This document shows positions 62,572-64,000 of a stretch of DNA of 64,000 nucleotides, piece after piece. The position numbers and the translations under genes were made by a program. Within the stretch, counting starts at the first letter, position 1; the number at the start of each line of letters is the position of its first letter. The notes under the pieces were generated by a model. The model worked only from the letters and a program-made list of their open reading frames with translations, did no database searches and had not been told where the DNA came from. The stretch comes from Prochlorococcus sp. AG-409-L14 (GTDB lineage Bacteria; Cyanobacteriota; Cyanobacteriia; PCC-6307; Cyanobiaceae). The stretch covers positions 14,276-78,275 of the forward strand of contig QCKF01000002.1 in NCBI GenBank assembly GCA_003215545.1, given 5' to 3'.

Positions 62572-63657
62572 TTGAATCCTTTTGAATCCGAACAAAATCT
62601 TTCTGATATTGGCGTAATAATTTGCGGACACGGAAGTCGCAATAAGCTAGCTGTTAAGGAATTTGCAGATTTAGTACAATCAATAAGATCAAGATTGCCT
62701 GATATACCAGTCGAATACGGTTATTTAGAGTTCGCTAGGCCCATATTAGTTGATGCGCTGGATAAATTAAGAGAAAAGGGAGTGACTAGAATAATAGCAA
62801 TTCCAGCAATGTTGTTTGCGGCAGGACATTCAAAAAACGATATTCCCTCTGTCTTAAACAAATATTCTTTAAAATATGGCATTACTATCAACTATGGACT
62901 TGAACTAGGTATTAATAATCTTATGATAATGGCAGCTGCAGATAAAATCAAGAATATCCTCGGCGATCATGATGATAATACTAATAGTTTACTGGTCGTA
63001 ATAGGACGTGGATCTTCTGATCCAGATGCAAATGCTAATGTAGTTAAAATTACAAGATTGTTAGTAGAGGCTTTTGGATTCGGATGGGGAGAAACACTCT
63101 ATTCAGGTGTTACATTCCCACTTGTAGAACCTGGCTTACGTAAGATAATCTCTTTAGGATATAAGCGAATCATACTTCTCCCTTATTTTTTATTTTCAGG
63201 TGTTTTAGTTAGTCGTGTAAAGCGGCATATTCAACTAATTAGTGAAGAAAATCCTAATATCAAATTTCTAACTGCTGAGTATTTAGGAAATCAATCTTAC
63301 ATAGTCGATAATTTTATAGACAGGATAAATGAAGTGGTTAATGGTAAGAATTACATGGATTGTTCAGTATGCAAGTATCGTTCTAATTTGCCAGGGTTCG
63401 AGAAAGAAGTAGGTCTTGAACAGATAGGGCACCATCACCATGTAGAAGGAAATACTGATAGCTGCGAATTGTGCGAAGGCGAATGCACAGGTATTTGCCA
63501 GGACCAACCAGAACAACCTTTCAACCAAGCTCATACTCATAGTCACCAGCATGAACATCAGCACTCACATTTTCCTTACCCAAATAAGGACCATCCCTTA
63601 GGACCTGTCACCCTTCGCTGTTATTTTGGGCCTGAATTCAAAAAAGATTCTGATTAA
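62572..63657 (+). CDS. cbiX: Sirohydrochlorin cobaltochelatase (long CbiX)
   Basis: GHGSR, YLEFARP, AAGH, GRGSSD, PYFLF.G, MDCSVC, His-rich tail. Confidence 0.92.
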   Translation: MNPFESEQNLSDIGVIICGHGSRNKLAVKEFADLVQSIRSRLPDIPVEYGYLEFARPILVDALDKLREKGVTRIIAIPAMLFAAGHSKNDIPSVLNKYSLKYGITINYGLELGINNLMIMAAADKIKNILGDHDDNTNSLLVVIGRGSSDPDANANVVKITRLLVEAFGFGWGETLYSGVTFPLVEPGLRKIISLGYKRIILLPYFLFSGVLVSRVKRHIQLISEENPNIKFLTAEYLGNQSYIVDNFIDRINEVVNGKNYMDCSVCKYRSNLPGFEKEVGLEQIGHHHHVEGNTDSCELCEGECTGICQDQPEQPFNQAHTHSHQHEHQHSHFPYPNKDHPLGPVTLRCYFGPEFKKDSD

Positions 63658-64000
63658 TCGCCTGACTCATCCGTCTCTTTCTCGAATGCGTCGCAAGGGA
63701 CTCGCTACATATAAGTATGGCTAATGTATTTCTTTGTACGATCTTTTTAGGCCAATTTCCACAGATCTAAGTAGTTTTTCCACTGCTTATTAGTCCAGAT
63801 TTCTTGTGAAATCAGGAAACCTGTGGGTTTTGCATTATGTTCAAATGAGACTTGACATAAGTGGAGTTTCCCTTGTCTTAAGCGACAAAACATAGGCATG
63901 CGTTTAAAACCCCTTGCTGTGAAATGAGTCTTAAGCTGTCTCGCTTATCTCTTTAATACTTTTTTTACCTTTGACTAGATGGCCAACATTGTGGATTCTT

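Overview
AT-rich chromosomal segment from a marine picocyanobacterium, almost certainly Prochlorococcus (chlorophyll a/b-binding pcb gene, lycopene cyclase, tandem class I + class II aldolases); clade not determinable without a search. It has three parts. (1) 1-21.9 kb: housekeeping block (upp, cobW, purS/purQ, two fba, accD, prk, leuB, lpxD, proB, ruvX, hisA). (2) ~22-30.7 kb: accessory stretch of small ORFs, with arsM, three paralogues of a TM + two-Cys family, a twin-CX3C microprotein, several membrane peptides under 60 aa that the ORF track misses, a perfect NtcA box and a candidate sRNA. (3) 30.9-64 kb: pcb, Na+/glutamate symporter, crtL, mscS, fur, arsS, stpA, a divergent GpsA-like dehydrogenase, a NahK-like kinase, a lytic transglycosylase, metY/metA, alkB-like, an amino-acid ABC transporter, SulP and cbiX. 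I saw no rRNA, tRNA, CRISPR array, integrase or transposase. The leading hypothesis for an undescribed system is the arsS-stpA / GpsA-like / sugar-kinase cluster as the missing late steps of glycerol-arsenosugar synthesis (or a new polyol/solute route). All family calls are by eye from motifs; no searches were run.
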